64,000 bases of DNA, taken from NCBI RefSeq assembly GCF_037042905.1, contig NC_087259.1, positions 24,924,001 to 24,988,000 of the forward strand, read 5' to 3'. This DNA is from Lytechinus pictus (lineage: Eukaryota). A program made the position numbers and the translations under genes. Positions 62,593 to 64,000 of the stretch are shown piece after piece (within the stretch, counting starts at the first letter, position 1; the number at the start of each line of letters is the position of its first letter). The notes beneath the pieces are model-generated. The model was not told the DNA's origin, did no database searches, and worked only from the letters and a program-made list of their open reading frames with translations.

Positions 62593-64000
62593 GTTTGAGT
62601 GGATCAGGACCATGATGCGTAAGCGAAGGATTAGGACTACCATATCAATTCAACTATCGTTGTGTTCTGAAATTTAGGTTAACCAATGTTAGGGCTTGGG
62701 GGGGGGGGGGGGGGGCATCATGAAAACTGTTTTATTATGACAAAATAATGTGATATTTAAGTATTTCGAGTACCACATGTTTCATTGTATAGATTGTTTT
62801 TGTAGCTGCGTTTGAAGAATTGTCAATGGGTAGAACAGAACGTTTTTTTTTTATTTGGTAAATCTGAGAGACAATTTTTTTTTCTAGAAAAACAAACAAA
62901 AAAATGGACGGATGCAATATGTAGTTTGGAAATATCAGTGGATCACAAGATGCAGTGGGATTTTCTGGGAGCTTCGGACACTTTTATCCCGATTCAGTGT
63001 AGCGGTAACAAAGGCTGCTACAAGATTTTAAACCCAATTTGAGGAGATGTACATTTGTTGAAGGGTGTTGAAAAAGGGAATGAATGAATTTGGTGCTTGT
63101 CCCTCGACAAAAAGTGTTGAAAATAACCTAACTTGAATAAAATACTTTCTCATCATGTATTGCCGTGCCAAGAATCGATTATGCATATCCAATATTTTTT
63201 ATTTCCTCATTTCCGTTATGTTGAAGACATTTTCTCTCCAGTCCTGTAAGAAAGAAGAAAAAAGAGTAAACATTTGTACAAATCTTGCACCGTAATGTGT
63301 TGTTCAGAATTTCTGTGGAAGTACAAAAGAAATTCTTGTATGATAGTAATACGAGCGTACAGATAGCCTAATTAATATAGTTTTTTTTGTACTGTTATTT
63401 TAATTGTGTTGCTTTTTAATCTCCATATACGCTACCTATTATAAGTCCTGTATATTAATGATTTCTGTTCAATCAATTTTCTCTTACGGAAGAGACAAAT
63501 GAGAATACCCTGAAATGAATCGGAATTTGTTGCAAATGGACCACATGTAAGATTAAATTTATTGTTCAGATGCACTTGAGTAAATTGTGATAATATTTGT
63601 TAAATAGTTGGTTCGGTATTCATAGTTTATCTCTTTCCCTCAAAGCTGAAAACAAATTGTACAGACTCAAAATGTGTAAAAAGTAGTTGGATAAGAGATG
63701 AAAATTTTGGGATTTACAAGACTTCAAGATATTTGAACTACATGTCTCAACTATCACTTTTTCAATGTACATGTATTTGTATGAAAATTCACGATTTCAG
63801 ATTTTTTTTTATAGAGGAAAGCATGTTATGAGAAAGGTCAAGCTTTGCTGTTGGCCTTTCTTAAAGTGTGCTTTTTGAGCTTGTCTTGCTTTGTAGCTGT
63901 GCGCTGTACAATGAACAGGATTGTAAATATATAAATCAATCAGCAGAAAAAAAGAAAAACCTATGTTCGGATAATATAGGAATGAAAATGAATTTTTGTT

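Overview
AT-rich, intron-rich animal genomic DNA. The repeat landscape suggests an echinoderm, probably a sea urchin (inference). There is one 995-bp assembly gap (17366-18360). Three complete spliced protein-coding genes can be rebuilt by hand with frame-consistent splice sites. (1) A 5-exon minus-strand tektin-like gene, CCDC105/TEKTL1 (4839->884, ~450 aa, all introns phase 0), with X-box-like and CCAAT motifs upstream. (2) A plus-strand taperin/phostensin-family (TPRN/PPP1R18-like) PP1-regulator gene (11021-32133, ~971 aa), with a 2.5-kb first exon and a 16.5-kb first intron. (3) A 7-exon SET/TAF-I (NAP family histone chaperone) gene (50546-61594, 316 aa) whose second intron is a textbook U12-type (minor spliceosome) GT-AG intron carrying a young palindromic MITE. 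Non-coding DNA is full of non-autonomous DNA transposons: TTAA-flanked AGG...CCT elements, hAT-like elements with 8-bp and 5-bp TSDs (some nested), Harbinger-like MITEs and a Harbinger transposase relic. It also holds a tRNA-derived SINE, microsatellites and local duplications. I found no convincing wholly new multi-gene system. The most notable signals are the MITE-bearing U12 intron, unexplained repeated peptide motifs and a divergent PP1-docking motif in the taperin-like protein, a possible 3'UTR intron with a very long 3'UTR, and strong enrichment of the palindrome TACATGTA.
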